A stretch of DNA of 62,617 bases, the filler included. It is 7 parts of 7 records of this genome, joined end to end, with 100 filler letters (N's around TTAATTAATTAA, not from the genome) between each part and the next. Parts side by side here need not be neighbours in the genome. Positions count along the whole stretch, not along the records: positions 40,140 to 47,455 come from DRR723986_6685; positions 47,556 to 53,301 come from DRR723986_6691; 5 more parts are not named here. One strand, 5' to 3'. Positions 42,042-51,768 of this stretch are shown here, piece after piece; within the stretch, counting starts at the first letter, position 1, and every line of letters starts with the position of its first letter. The translations under genes and the position numbers were made by a program. Under the pieces are notes generated by a model. The model had not been told where the DNA came from. It ran no database searches and was given only the letters and a program-made list of their open reading frames with translations.

Positions 42042-43223
42042 CTATCGTTGACGCTCCCCCTTATTAGGGCTTCCCTTTGACAGGTCCTGGTCACGCTCTA
42101 GGCTATCGACCGCATTTCCGCGTCCGCGCGGCACGGAGCGCGTAGCCCTCTGCCCCGCCAGAGAACGAGCCAGCTCGGCACGTTGCGTGGTCGTCTCGGT
42201 CAGGCGCGCTGCAAACCGTTTGGTTTCCCGCGCCAAGTCGCGGTCGTTCGGGTCCGCTGATCCTGCCAAGATCGTTGCGGCTTGGTCATACGTTGCCATC
42301 ACCCTGTTGCGCCGCGCGATCAACGCGTCATCCCATGCCTTCTGCGGCAGGCGTCCACCGTTGTCTTCGAGATCGCGCCGGACCTGGCGCATCTTCCGGG
42401 CATCGGCCAAAGGCTTACCGCCCCGCTGCCTGATCTTGTAGACCGGCGTCACCTCTCCCCTGCGCGTCACGCCTCGGGCATGGCGTGGGGTGGATTCCGC
42501 CTCGATCCCACGGGTCCGTAGCTTCTGGGCGAACGTGTCCCGCAGGCATTGAAGATCGGCTTTCCGCAAGTTCAGCTTCTGACCGTCCTCGCCAACAGTG
42601 CGCAGCGTCAAATGCACATGGGGGTGATGGGTATCCGTGTGCAGGGCCATGGCGTAGTCGTGCCGCCCTCGAAACTCTTGCCGCGCGAGCGCCCGAACCG
42701 CGTCTTTCACCGCTTCGGCATTCACCGTGCCCGGCATCGAAAACACGATGCTGGTCGTGATCCTCGTCCGGTCCGTGGCAGAGCCCTCGCGTCGATCCTC
42801 GTCGTGCTTCTCGATCCACTCGCGATAGATCGCGCCAACCTGCACACGCCCGTTAAAGGCCTCCCCGCAATCATTCTCGACCTCGATCTTTCCATTTCGG
42901 CTGATGTAGGCGAGATGCTCCGAGGCCCTGACCGCTTCTGATGCCCGGCTGACCTTGATCGGATTGCCGGACTTGTCGTTCTTGGCCGGTTTGGACACCT
43001 TCACCATGACCTCCGGCACGCCTTTGACAACACGCGCAAGACGCGCCTTGTCTGCGGCCGAAATCGTCTGTGTCAGTGCAGCGGAACGATCCACATCCTG
43101 GGCGCTAGCCTTCCGCTTTCTGCCTCCGCTTTCGACGGCTCCCCCAGCTGGCTTGTTCGGCTTCCTGTTGGCCTCTGAGTCCCAGCAGTCCTGGAACCCC
43201 AGCTCCGATTTGAAATCACTCAT
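42042..43223 (-). CDS. Relaxase, VirD2/MOBP-like
   Basis: PEVMVKV, HLAYISRNG (catalytic Tyr), IVFSMP, HUH motif ALHTDTHHPHVHL. Confidence 0.9.
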   Translation of the reverse strand: MSDFKSELGFQDCWDSEANRKPNKPAGGAVESGGRKRKASAQDVDRSAALTQTISAADKARLARVVKGVPEVMVKVSKPAKNDKSGNPIKVSRASEAVRASEHLAYISRNGKIEVENDCGEAFNGRVQVGAIYREWIEKHDEDRREGSATDRTRITTSIVFSMPGTVNAEAVKDAVRALARQEFRGRHDYAMALHTDTHHPHVHLTLRTVGEDGQKLNLRKADLQCLRDTFAQKLRTRGIEAESTPRHARGVTRRGEVTPVYKIRQRGGKPLADARKMRQVRRDLEDNGGRLPQKAWDDALIARRNRVMATYDQAATILAGSADPNDRDLARETKRFAARLTETTTQRAELARSLAGQRATRSVPRGRGNAVDSLERDQDLSKGSPNKGERQR

Positions 43224-43774
43224 GACGGATCATCTTCCCTGGACTGGAACTGGAAGCGGCCTTCTGCATAGACGCTGAGCGCCATGCGCAACTTGGCGAC
43301 GTCCTGGCGCAGGATCTCGACCTCAGCCTTGGTCAGATCTGCGCCCGCGCCCGTGAGCACACCTCGGTTCAGCGCATAGGCAATCTGGTTGGCGTTGACG
43401 GCCAGGCCGCGAAGCTGGCGATAGGCGGCGCGAACGCCCCGTCTCTCGCCCGCCACCATCTGCGGTGCATTGCGCATCCGGGCCGACAGCAAAGCGGCAG
43501 ACCAAGTGGATGCCGTGACGCCTTGGGACCGCGCCTCTTCCTCCAGATCCTGCCGCACATCGGCAGCCAGTCGCACCGTCACCTTGCCCTCCCGCCGCGC
43601 GCGGGAAGTCGGACGGCTGGGCGGCGGCGCGGCCTCGTCCCCATCCAGCGCCAGACTGATCAGGCGCCCCAAAAGGACCGACACTGTTTGCCCTTCTGAT
43701 GCCGCCAAGGCCGCCAGCTGCGCATGGCGATCAGGCGGCAGATAGGTCATCGCGGCTTTCTTCTTTGTCGGCAT
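43220..43774 (-). CDS. mobC: Relaxosome accessory protein MobC/VirD1-like
   Basis: RHH-like segments and QLRGLAVNANQIAYALN (L..IG.NLNQIA..LN MobC motif); overlaps the relaxase start. Confidence 0.8.
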   Translation of the reverse strand: MPTKKKAAMTYLPPDRHAQLAALAASEGQTVSVLLGRLISLALDGDEAAPPPSRPTSRARREGKVTVRLAADVRQDLEEEARSQGVTASTWSAALLSARMRNAPQMVAGERRGVRAAYRQLRGLAVNANQIAYALNRGVLTGAGADLTKAEVEILRQDVAKLRMALSVYAEGRFQFQSREDDPS

Positions 43775-43805
43775 TCTAACTCAAAGGTGCATTACTTGCT
43801 GGCGC

Positions 43806-43863
43806 TTAGCCTATCCTGCATTAGTCACAACCCTAGCCCCAAACGTGGTCCGGGACCACGTTT
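43806..43863 (+). promoter_or_regulatory. Putative oriT (nic site plus inverted repeat)
   Basis: CCTATCCTGC matches the IncP/T-border YATCCTG^Y nic; perfect IR AAACGTGGTC-cgg-GACCACGTTT; immediately upstream of mobC. Confidence 0.8.
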
Positions 43864-43961
43864 TCCGCGCTCTTCGTCAAGGCTGGGCAAGATGCCGCCG
43901 CGGGCGCGAGATGCGGTCCCAGACCACATCGAAAGACCGTGATCCGACGCTGGCCGCAAAG

Positions 43962-43991
43962 AAAAACGCACCGTCCGAAGGCGGTGCGTTT
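43962..43991 (-). terminator. Probable terminator of the par operon
   Basis: AAAAACGCACCGTC-cgaa-GGCGGTGCGTTT stem. Confidence 0.7.
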
Positions 43992-44018
43992 CGATCCGTC
44001 AGGCCTGCATTCCGATGG

Positions 44019-44306
44019 CTAGGCCCAGAGTAAGAGCAGTCGATTGCGCGGGGTGACGCGGAAAACGAGGCTGTCGAGATAGTACGACAAAGCGCTCAGG
44101 ACGACGAATACGCCGGCCATCAGAACCGGCGCGATGACCCGATAGACGAACGGGATCTGATCGGCGGCATCAACACCGTAGCCGGTAAACATCATCACCG
44201 CCCCGGCCAGCGCGGCGACCAGGTGCAGGACCATCAGCACCGTGAGAGCCGCCTGCAGTGGCGTGCGGATCAGCAGCATTGCGTTCCAAAGCGCGATCTT
44301 CACCAT
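44019..44306 (-). CDS. Small membrane protein
   Basis: 95 aa, two TM segments, GAGGAAGAG SD, directly after parB. Confidence 0.65.
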   Translation of the reverse strand: MVKIALWNAMLLIRTPLQAALTVLMVLHLVAALAGAVMMFTGYGVDAADQIPFVYRVIAPVLMAGVFVVLSALSYYLDSLVFRVTPRNRLLLLWA

Positions 44307-44318
44307 CTCTCTTCCTCC

Positions 44319-45359
44319 TCAGTTCCGGAGCAGTTCCACTAACTCGACCTCGGCCAGCGGCACCTCCTCTAGCCGCCCGTCCTCCTCGAAGTGGATGAGA
44401 ACGGACTTGGTGTTCGAAGCGGGCTGGTCGAGAAGCGCCTGGCCAAGGTGTCCGGCATGACGGACCAGTAGAGCGAGCGAGGCGCCAACGACGTGCAGCC
44501 GGGGCACGGTCTGAGAAGCTGCCGCAGGCGCTTCACCTGGGTCGCTCCCCTGCCCTGCCGCTTCCACCGTTTCGAAGTTTGCATCGGAGGCATCCCTCGG
44601 ACTTTCCGCCTGAGGTCCTTCGGGTGCAAGCGGTACGACGGCACTCACGTAGCGCGCGGACTGTTGGCCTTCGATCTCCCCCCGCAGACGCTCGACCGTG
44701 ACACGGGAAATATCCCCCGCCTCGGTCTCACTGAGAAACTGCCGAACGGCGGCTTCGTCCTTCTTCCAGAGCGTGTTCAAATCCGACAGGGCGCGGATCG
44801 GGGCGTTCCGCGCGGCCGCGTCGCGCAACACATCCGGCATCTTGGCCAGGGCGGCGAAGCGGGACACCTCGCCTTCGTTCCAGCCAAGCGCCTCGGCGAT
44901 CGCACTACGCGACTGGCCCGCTGCCCGCATCGCAGCGACCGCCTCCGCGACCTCCAGGGTCGTCAGGTCGGCCCGCTGCACGTTCTCGGTCAGCTGCGCC
45001 ATGCGCAGCGCGTCCGTCATCTCGCGCACGACCGCCGGGATCTTGGTCAGGCCTGCCAGCTTCGCGGCCTGGAAGCGCCGTTCGCCCATGATCAGCATGT
45101 ACTCCCCGGCCTCATCCGCAGGCTGTACCGTGATCGCCTGAAGGACCCCTTGGCTCTGGATGCTGTCCGCCAGCGAGGCCAGCTGATCCTTGTCGAAATG
45201 CCGGCGGGGCTGCTCGGGGTCCGGTACGATGTCGTCAAGCGGGATGTCACGCTGCCCGGCCTGCGCCGGTTTGTTCTTCCGCGTCAGGGCCGCGAGATCG
45301 CCGTTCTTCTTGAGACGGTCGAGCGTCTGCATCGTGCTGCCAAATTTCTTCTCGGCCAT
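44319..45359 (-). CDS. parB: ParB/RepB/Spo0J-family partition protein
   Basis: PDPEQPRRHF, GVLQAI.V, GERRFQA, QLTENVQRADL. Confidence 0.92.
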   Translation of the reverse strand: MAEKKFGSTMQTLDRLKKNGDLAALTRKNKPAQAGQRDIPLDDIVPDPEQPRRHFDKDQLASLADSIQSQGVLQAITVQPADEAGEYMLIMGERRFQAAKLAGLTKIPAVVREMTDALRMAQLTENVQRADLTTLEVAEAVAAMRAAGQSRSAIAEALGWNEGEVSRFAALAKMPDVLRDAAARNAPIRALSDLNTLWKKDEAAVRQFLSETEAGDISRVTVERLRGEIEGQQSARYVSAVVPLAPEGPQAESPRDASDANFETVEAAGQGSDPGEAPAAASQTVPRLHVVGASLALLVRHAGHLGQALLDQPASNTKSVLIHFEEDGRLEEVPLAEVELVELLRN

Positions 45360-45362
45360 GGC

Positions 45363-46103
45363 TCACTCCTCATTCTCGATAGTCTCGATGAACCAGTCGA
45401 AGAAGGCGCGGAACTCGGCGGCGGCCTCCTTGCCGCTGGCGGTCGGCACCTCGAACACCGGGATCCCTTCCGCCTCTGCCGCCTCGTATCCAACCCGGTT
45501 CCGGATGGCGTGTGGCACCAGAAGGTTGGAATAGGACTCCGCGACTGCGAGCAGCGTCTCGCGCTCGGTCTTCTTCACCGCGTCAAATCGCGACGGCAGC
45601 AGTCCCAGGAACTGGATGCGCTCGTTGATCTCCTGCACCTGCACGAAGGCTTTCAGTACGCCCTCGACACCATCGAGTGAAAACCGTTTCAGCTCGATGG
45701 GCGACAACATGAAGTCCGCTGTCAAAAGCGCGCCGTAGACCAGCGCCGAGAATGTCGGTGGCGTATCCACGATGCAGAAGTCCGCGCCGTCTAGCCCGTC
45801 CAGCGCCGCCACGGTGCTTTGTAGCACCGTATCGTCCGAGCTGACCGGAACCTCGCGGTCCCCTTCGATCAGGACAACATCCCCGGGTTCCACGGAAAAG
45901 CTCGGCGCTTCGTCACCCTCGAGCATCTGCAACGCATTCCCGACCACCCGCGTGCCACCCAGGGCACTCGTCAGGTTGCGTTGCCCGTCCAGATCGACGG
46001 CGATCACCGAATAGCCTGCGCGACCAAGGTAAAAGGCAATCTGGCTCGCCACGGTCGTTTTTCCGACGCCGCCCTTGTTATTCGCGATGACGATCGTCTT
46101 CAC
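45363..46103 (-). CDS. parA: ParA-family ATPase
   Basis: NNKGGVGKTT, VDLDGQ.NL, IVDTPP. Confidence 0.93.
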   Translation of the reverse strand: MKTIVIANNKGGVGKTTVASQIAFYLGRAGYSVIAVDLDGQRNLTSALGGTRVVGNALQMLEGDEAPSFSVEPGDVVLIEGDREVPVSSDDTVLQSTVAALDGLDGADFCIVDTPPTFSALVYGALLTADFMLSPIELKRFSLDGVEGVLKAFVQVQEINERIQFLGLLPSRFDAVKKTERETLLAVAESYSNLLVPHAIRNRVGYEAAEAEGIPVFEVPTASGKEAAAEFRAFFDWFIETIENEE

Positions 46104-46305
46104 GGTCTGCTCCTTCCTCTTCAGTCTTATGGCGCAAGCCCCATTGGCTGAGCGCCTCCAGAACGATCTCGCCCATTGTCGTTTCCCGCTCGAAGGCCTC
46201 GCGCTTCAGGGCGCGATGCACGTCGACGGTCATATTCATGGAAAACATGCGAGTGGGATTGCGCATCGACCTCTCCGCAAAACGCAGTCGGATTTCGGCT
46301 GACAT
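46078..46305 (-). CDS. Small ribbon-helix-helix protein (start uncertain)
   Basis: RMFSMNMTVDVHRALKREAFERETTMGEIVLEAL; overlaps the parA start. Confidence 0.65.
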   Translation of the reverse strand: MSAEIRLRFAERSMRNPTRMFSMNMTVDVHRALKREAFERETTMGEIVLEALSQWGLRHKTEEEGADREDDRHRE

Positions 46306-46418
46306 ATGCGCGGCGCCCTGATGCAGGGCGACTGACCTCCGCCACAGGCCGCCGCGGCGAGACATCTGTCTCGGCGCGGCAAATTTTTCCTGGGGCCAGG
46401 CCGCGTGCCTGTAGTGGC

Positions 46419-46446
46419 GTCCATAGAGTCATACATATGTATGGAC
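46419..46446. promoter_or_regulatory. Palindromic operator/centromere-like site upstream of RHH-parA-parB
   Basis: Perfect CATACATATGTATG (46430-46443) nested in GTCCATA...TATGGAC. Confidence 0.5.
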
Positions 46447-46501
46447 TTCAAACAGATGGGGCCCGCAAATGCGGGCCCCTCGCGAAGTCTTGCCGATCGG
46501 C

Positions 46502-47383
46502 TCAGGCGGCGCGTGCAGCCCGTCCGGCAGCTGCCGCCTCGAGAACAAAGTCCGCTGCCTTCTGCGCGGCGCTCGCCGCCTTGAAGATCGCCCGCTTGTC
46601 CTCTTTCAGCACCCCGAGCCAGCTCTCGAGATAGGATGCGGCCTCGTCAATGGTCGGTTCCACGCCAATGCGCGCGCCGAGGAAGCAGCTGCCGATTTCT
46701 GCAATCAGCTCCTCGCGGGCATAGTCCGCCTTGGTGCTGCCGACCTTGAAGCGGTCCAGCCGCGAGTGATGACCGGTCCAATGCGTGACCTCGTGGCAGA
46801 GCGTTGCCGTGTAGTGCTGGGCCGAGATGAACGCGGACACGGGCGGCATCTGGATCCGATCCTCCGCCGGGATATAGCACGCCCGAGCACCGCCATGCGC
46901 GACATTGGCCCCGACCGCTTGGAAGAAAGCATCAACTTCCAGCAGGGGACGGGTGCCAAGATCCTCCTGCACCTCGGGACGGTTGTAGAAGTCTTCCGGC
47001 AAGCCTTCAATCTGGTCGGCGTTGAAGACGCGATAGGCGCGGGCATAGGGGATCGCGACCGCCTCGCCGTCGTCATTCTCACGCTCGACCGTTCCGTATT
47101 TCACCACCGTCGATGACTTCTGCCCCTTGCGGACATGTGCGCCGAGGTCCTTCGCCTGTTTGAAGGTGAACCAATGCGCCGAAGCAAACCCGTTGGCATG
47201 GGCGGCAAGCCAGAGCATCAGCACATTGATCCCCCGATAGGGTTCGCCATTCGCCCGCAGCGGGAATGTGCCGCCCTGCTCGGCACCGGACCAAGGCTTG
47301 CGCCATGGCGAAACGCCCGCCTCCATCGCCTCGATGATCTGGTTGGTAACGTGCTGGTAGATGTCGAAATCCGATTTAGCCAT
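46502..47383 (-). CDS. ardC: Antirestriction ssDNA-binding protein ArdC (N-domain plus zincin-like domain)
   Basis: YQ.VT..II..MEAG..PW.KPW, YRGINV..LW, W.TFKQA...G..VRKG.K, HEVTHWTGH..RL.R, YA.EELIAE. Confidence 0.92.
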   Translation of the reverse strand: MAKSDFDIYQHVTNQIIEAMEAGVSPWRKPWSGAEQGGTFPLRANGEPYRGINVLMLWLAAHANGFASAHWFTFKQAKDLGAHVRKGQKSSTVVKYGTVERENDDGEAVAIPYARAYRVFNADQIEGLPEDFYNRPEVQEDLGTRPLLEVDAFFQAVGANVAHGGARACYIPAEDRIQMPPVSAFISAQHYTATLCHEVTHWTGHHSRLDRFKVGSTKADYAREELIAEIGSCFLGARIGVEPTIDEAASYLESWLGVLKEDKRAIFKAASAAQKAADFVLEAAAAGRAARAA

Positions 47384-47616
47384 TTGTGGCCTCCTGACTG
47401 GTGGGGCGGGGAGGCTTGGTGCCCTCCTTCCGCCGATGGGCTGCGCCTCGGCCACNNNNNNNNNNNNNNNNNNNNNNNNNNNNNNNNNNNNNNNNNNNNT
47501 TAATTAATTAANNNNNNNNNNNNNNNNNNNNNNNNNNNNNNNNNNNNNNNNNNNNATATGCTTAACGCTGTTTCGACTATAGTCGTCCCAATGCCCTGTG
47601 TCTCGCGCCCCAAGGA

Positions 47617-48672
47617 TTGTCCATGCTCTGGATTCTGCTCGCTGTCGTTACTCTTGTTGTCCTGATCACATTGCTGATCTTCCGGGTAAAGGATCTTTCC
47701 GAGTACGACGGCCAGGACTGGGTTATGAAGGAGGTTGCTCCAAACCCGGCTCATGATGAGGTCATAGAACGCATCAAGGACATGGGGCGCGCCTCCCGCG
47801 GCCTGAAAGGCAAAGCCCGGCTGATCGCCCTCCGCAATCACCTGGATAGCCTGGGTGAAGGCGTGGATATCGAATCGGACATCCGTCATCAGGATCATCC
47901 GCGTGGAGAATGGATATTGGCGCCCGGGGCCGATTCCCGCCGACGTGTGCTCTATATTCACGGCGGTGCCTGGGCTGCTGGCAGCCCTCGCAGTCACCGG
48001 GCGATTACCGACCGTTTTTCCCGGATTGCCAATGCTGCCGTTTTTGCGGTTGATTACCGGCTCATGCCCGAACACCGGTTCATGGATGGCATTCGGGACT
48101 GCCGCCAGGCCTATTCATGGCTGCTGAATCATGGCCCGGACGGCGAAGCGCCCGTCGACTTCATGGTGGTTGCCGGAGACTCGGCGGGCGGTAGCCATAC
48201 CCTGTCTCTGCTGGCGTGGATTCGCGACAATGGCCTGCGGCAGGCCGATGCCGCCGTTGCCCTGTCACCCTCCACGGATCTCACGCTGACGGCGCCTAGC
48301 AATCGCGAGAATATTCGCACGGACCCACTGCTGGGCCCGGTGTTTGGTGGTTTGTCCAAAATCCCGCTGCCCGTGTTGTGGTGGGGAACACTTGCCGCGT
48401 TCAGAATCTCTCCCACCAACCCGGTTGCATCACCTCTGCGGGGTGAGCTTAACAAGCTGCCACCCGTGCTTATCCACGCAAGCACCACGGAAATGCTGCT
48501 GGACAACGCCACGCGTTACGCTGCCAAGGCAAAAGCCCAGGGTTCACCGGTGGAGCTTCACACCTGGCAGAACATGGTGCATGTATGGCACATCTTCACG
48601 CCACTTCTCCCTGAGGCAGACGAGGCATTCGACGACATCGCGGCTTTTCTGAAGAAAGTGGAACAACCATAG
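47617..48672 (+). CDS. Alpha/beta hydrolase (HSL-like esterase/lipase)
   Basis: HGGAW, GDSAGG, HVW. Confidence 0.9.
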   Translation: MSMLWILLAVVTLVVLITLLIFRVKDLSEYDGQDWVMKEVAPNPAHDEVIERIKDMGRASRGLKGKARLIALRNHLDSLGEGVDIESDIRHQDHPRGEWILAPGADSRRRVLYIHGGAWAAGSPRSHRAITDRFSRIANAAVFAVDYRLMPEHRFMDGIRDCRQAYSWLLNHGPDGEAPVDFMVVAGDSAGGSHTLSLLAWIRDNGLRQADAAVALSPSTDLTLTAPSNRENIRTDPLLGPVFGGLSKIPLPVLWWGTLAAFRISPTNPVASPLRGELNKLPPVLIHASTTEMLLDNATRYAAKAKAQGSPVELHTWQNMVHVWHIFTPLLPEADEAFDDIAAFLKKVEQP

Positions 48673-48688
48673 TGGGCTGGTGCCGGCA

Positions 48689-49165
48689 TTACTCAGCCGG
48701 CTTTCGCCTGACGTACAGCACCTTATGGACTCGGGCAACGACCGTTCCTGCCTCGTCCACAACGTCGACATACCACTCCGGCAGGTACTTGTCGCCATCA
48801 GAGGTGGCTTCGCGTATTTCCTCGAGACGCGCATCGGTCAGCTCGAAGCGGGCCTTTACCACGCCCTTGCCGGGGCGGATAAAATCAATACTCGCGGACT
48901 TGTCCCACACGATGTAATCGTTGCCCAGTCGGCGCATCAGTAACAGCATATACATTGGGTCAACCATGCTGTAGAGAGATCCGCCGAAGTGCGTGCCCAC
49001 GTAGTTGGTATTGTACCAGTGCTGACGCATTTCCACCGTTGCAGAGCTGAAGTCATCAGCAATGTGAGTGACTTTAATACCTGCCCCCAGGTAAGGGGCG
49101 AAAGTAGAGAGCACTCGGCGCAGGGCGCCGGAACTGGCAAACCAGCGGCGAATGGTTGAATTCAT
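48689..49165 (-). CDS. DUF4442 hotdog-fold (thioesterase-like) protein
   Basis: [36 protein letters not shown]. Confidence 0.85.
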   Translation of the reverse strand: MNSTIRRWFASSGALRRVLSTFAPYLGAGIKVTHIADDFSSATVEMRQHWYNTNYVGTHFGGSLYSMVDPMYMLLLMRRLGNDYIVWDKSASIDFIRPGKGVVKARFELTDARLEEIREATSDGDKYLPEWYVDVVDEAGTVVARVHKVLYVRRKPAE

Positions 49166-49247
49166 AGGAACATCCAAACGGTTGAGAATCAGCCTGAAAA
49201 CTGTGTAGCTGGCTATCTTCTTACAGCCACACTGCATTTTCAACGAA

Positions 49248-49269
49248 AATTCATACGACCGTTTGAATT
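49248..49269. promoter_or_regulatory. PsrA-like (TetR) operator
   Basis: AATTCATACG-ac-CGTTTGAATT near-palindrome resembling TTCAAACG-N2-CGTTTGAA. Confidence 0.6.
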
Positions 49270-49285
49270 ATTTAGACTGGAAACA

Positions 49286-49867
49286 TCAAGGTTTCACGCC
49301 GAACCACTGGGGATAGTTCAGCAGGCAGTACAGCGCGAGCATGTCATAAACCGCATGCCAGACCATCACCATGGGCAAGCTGCCCCATACCAGGTAAGCG
49401 CCACCAAGAATCAGGCCCAGACACGTTGCTACCAGAAAATAGGTAAACGACACATAGTGCACCAACCCGAACAACACAGAGGCCGCCAGTAAGGCTGTCC
49501 AGGGCCCGGTGTGCTGCATTAGCCAGCCCTGCACTGCACCACGAAACAGCAGTTCTTCCCCCACCCCGGCGAGCAGGCACAAGGTCAGCAATACCGGCCA
49601 GCGATAACTCGCCGCGAAACGGTAAAGGGCCTGCATTTGCGAACCAAGATCATCAGGGAACAGCCAGGAGAGCTGAGTCAGCAGCAATAGCACAAGGTAG
49701 GTGGTGCCAGCGCCCAGGATCCCATACAGCAGGATTTCCAGCAGATTCAGGCCGTTCAGCATTAACGGAATATCGAACAGCCAGATCGCGATCCAGCCTA
49801 CCAAACCAATACCGCCCTGAAACAACAGGGCGGCGGTGGTGGATACATTGGCGCGACCTTGGGCCAT
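49286..49867 (-). CDS. CPBP intramembrane metalloprotease
   Basis: GEELLFRG, LFGLVH, HAVYD. Confidence 0.9.
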   Translation of the reverse strand: MAQGRANVSTTAALLFQGGIGLVGWIAIWLFDIPLMLNGLNLLEILLYGILGAGTTYLVLLLLTQLSWLFPDDLGSQMQALYRFAASYRWPVLLTLCLLAGVGEELLFRGAVQGWLMQHTGPWTALLAASVLFGLVHYVSFTYFLVATCLGLILGGAYLVWGSLPMVMVWHAVYDMLALYCLLNYPQWFGVKP

Positions 49868-49870
49868 AAC

Positions 49871-50725
49871 TCAGTTTTCGAACAAGCCCTTGACCGGGAA
49901 CAGATCGTCGTAGGCGGGCGCCTGCTTCTGGGCCTTGGCCTGGAAGGATTTCATCATGTCCGTGGGGCGGAACATGCCGGACTGCCATGTGGCCATGTAG
50001 CGGAGGCTGTCTTCTACGCTGTGATCGCGGCTGAAGTTGATCATTTCTTTGCAGCCGGTCACCGCCAGCGGCGAATTGGCAGCGATCTGGGCGGCAATGG
50101 ACATCACGCCCTCAAGCATCGCTTCCTGAGTCTCGTATACCGAGTTCACGAAACCCAGGCGATGGGCTTCTTCAGCACCGAATTTGCGGCCCGTATAAGC
50201 CAGCTCACGCACCACGCCCTCAGGCATCAGTTTAGGCAGCCGCTGCAGCGTGCCCACATCAGCTGTCATGCCCAGCTCGGTTTCCTTTATTGTGAAATAG
50301 GCATCGGAGGTGCAATACCGGCTGTCAGCAGCGCACACCAGGTCCAGAGCCCCACCAATACAGCCCCCGTGCACGGCAGCCAGCACGGGCAGACGTACTT
50401 TCTCCAGAAAGCTCAGAGTATCCTGCAGCTGCAGTACGACTCTTCGCAGGTTCTCCGCCATACGGCCAGGGTCACCACTCATGGGCACGGATTTCGGATC
50501 CGAGAACACGCCCAGATCCATGCCTGCGGAAAAGTGCTTTCCGGTCGAGGAGATCACAATCACCCGGGCATCGGTATGGGCTTCAATGTCCTGAACGCAG
50601 CGCGGCAGCTCCAGCCAGAATGCCTTGTTCATGGTATTCAGCGCCTCGGGGCGACTGAACTGAACGTGGGCGATGTGGTCTTTTACTTCAATATTGAAAC
50701 TTTCGTAGTTGGCGAGTTCAGACAT
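49871..50725 (-). CDS. Enoyl-CoA hydratase/isomerase (crotonase family)
   Basis: FSAGMDL, GGCIGG, ADVGTLQRLP. Confidence 0.92.
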   Translation of the reverse strand: MSELANYESFNIEVKDHIAHVQFSRPEALNTMNKAFWLELPRCVQDIEAHTDARVIVISSTGKHFSAGMDLGVFSDPKSVPMSGDPGRMAENLRRVVLQLQDTLSFLEKVRLPVLAAVHGGCIGGALDLVCAADSRYCTSDAYFTIKETELGMTADVGTLQRLPKLMPEGVVRELAYTGRKFGAEEAHRLGFVNSVYETQEAMLEGVMSIAAQIAANSPLAVTGCKEMINFSRDHSVEDSLRYMATWQSGMFRPTDMMKSFQAKAQKQAPAYDDLFPVKGLFEN

Positions 50726-50796
50726 GATGGATCCCGTATCATCTGAGAGCATGGTTTCGTATTATTAGGGTGCACATTACCGCGAAACGAGGCACG

Positions 50797-51768
50797 ATGG
50801 AATTCACTTTCCTTGGCACATCGGCCGGAACACCAACCCGGTCACGCAACGTCACCGGCCTGGCGCTTTGCCTGTCGGGGCCCAAACCCTGGTATCTGGT
50901 AGACTGCGGTGAAGGCACCCAGCACCAGCTGATGCGCACACGGTATTCGGTGATGCAGTTGCGCGCCATTTTCATCACCCACATCCATGGTGACCACATC
51001 TTCGGGCTACCGGGCTTGCTTACCAGCGCTTCCATGCTGGGTCGCACCGAGCCTCTGGACATCATTGCGCCGCCACAGGTACGCCGGTTTATCGATGCGG
51101 TCATCGAAAACAGTGACTCCAGCCTGAGTTATCCGTTGAACTTCATCAACTCGGAAGCTCCGGGTTTTTACTGGCAGGATGACCATTTGGGTGTTACCAA
51201 CGTGGCGCTTTCACACCGGGTACCTTGCCGGGCCTACGTATTCACAGAGCGCAACCTGGAACGTCAGCTGCAAAAGGAGAAACTGGTTGCTGATGGCATA
51301 GAGCCTGGCCCTCAATGGGGTGACCTGCAGAAAGGCAAAGATGTTCTACTGGATGATGGGCGCCTGCTGCGTAGCGACGATTACACTCACATTCCCAGAA
51401 CCGCGCGAAAAATCATTGTCGGCGGTGACAACGACATCCCGGAACTGCTGAAAAATGCCTGCCAAGGCACCCACGTCTTGATTCACGAGGCCACCTACAC
51501 CCAGGATGTCGCAGACCGGGTTGGCCCCTGGCCCCAACACAGCTCGGCGCAGCAGGTGGCCCGGTTCGCACAGGCAACGAAGCTGCCCAATCTGGTACTC
51601 ACCCACTTCAGCTCCCGCTACCAATCGGCCCCGGGTGGCACACCGCACATCAATCAGCTCGCCGCCGAGGCGTTGCAGCATTACACGGGCCACCTTTTCC
51701 TGGCCCGGGATTTTGACACCTACCGTCTGGAGAAAGACTTCCAGCTACACAAAGTTGATCACAGCTAA
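50797..51768 (+). CDS. rnz: Ribonuclease Z
   Basis: FLGTSAG.PT..RNV, DCGEGTQ, THIHGDH, HEAT, THFSSRY. Confidence 0.93.
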   Translation: MEFTFLGTSAGTPTRSRNVTGLALCLSGPKPWYLVDCGEGTQHQLMRTRYSVMQLRAIFITHIHGDHIFGLPGLLTSASMLGRTEPLDIIAPPQVRRFIDAVIENSDSSLSYPLNFINSEAPGFYWQDDHLGVTNVALSHRVPCRAYVFTERNLERQLQKEKLVADGIEPGPQWGDLQKGKDVLLDDGRLLRSDDYTHIPRTARKIIVGGDNDIPELLKNACQGTHVLIHEATYTQDVADRVGPWPQHSSAQQVARFAQATKLPNLVLTHFSSRYQSAPGGTPHINQLAAEALQHYTGHLFLARDFDTYRLEKDFQLHKVDHS

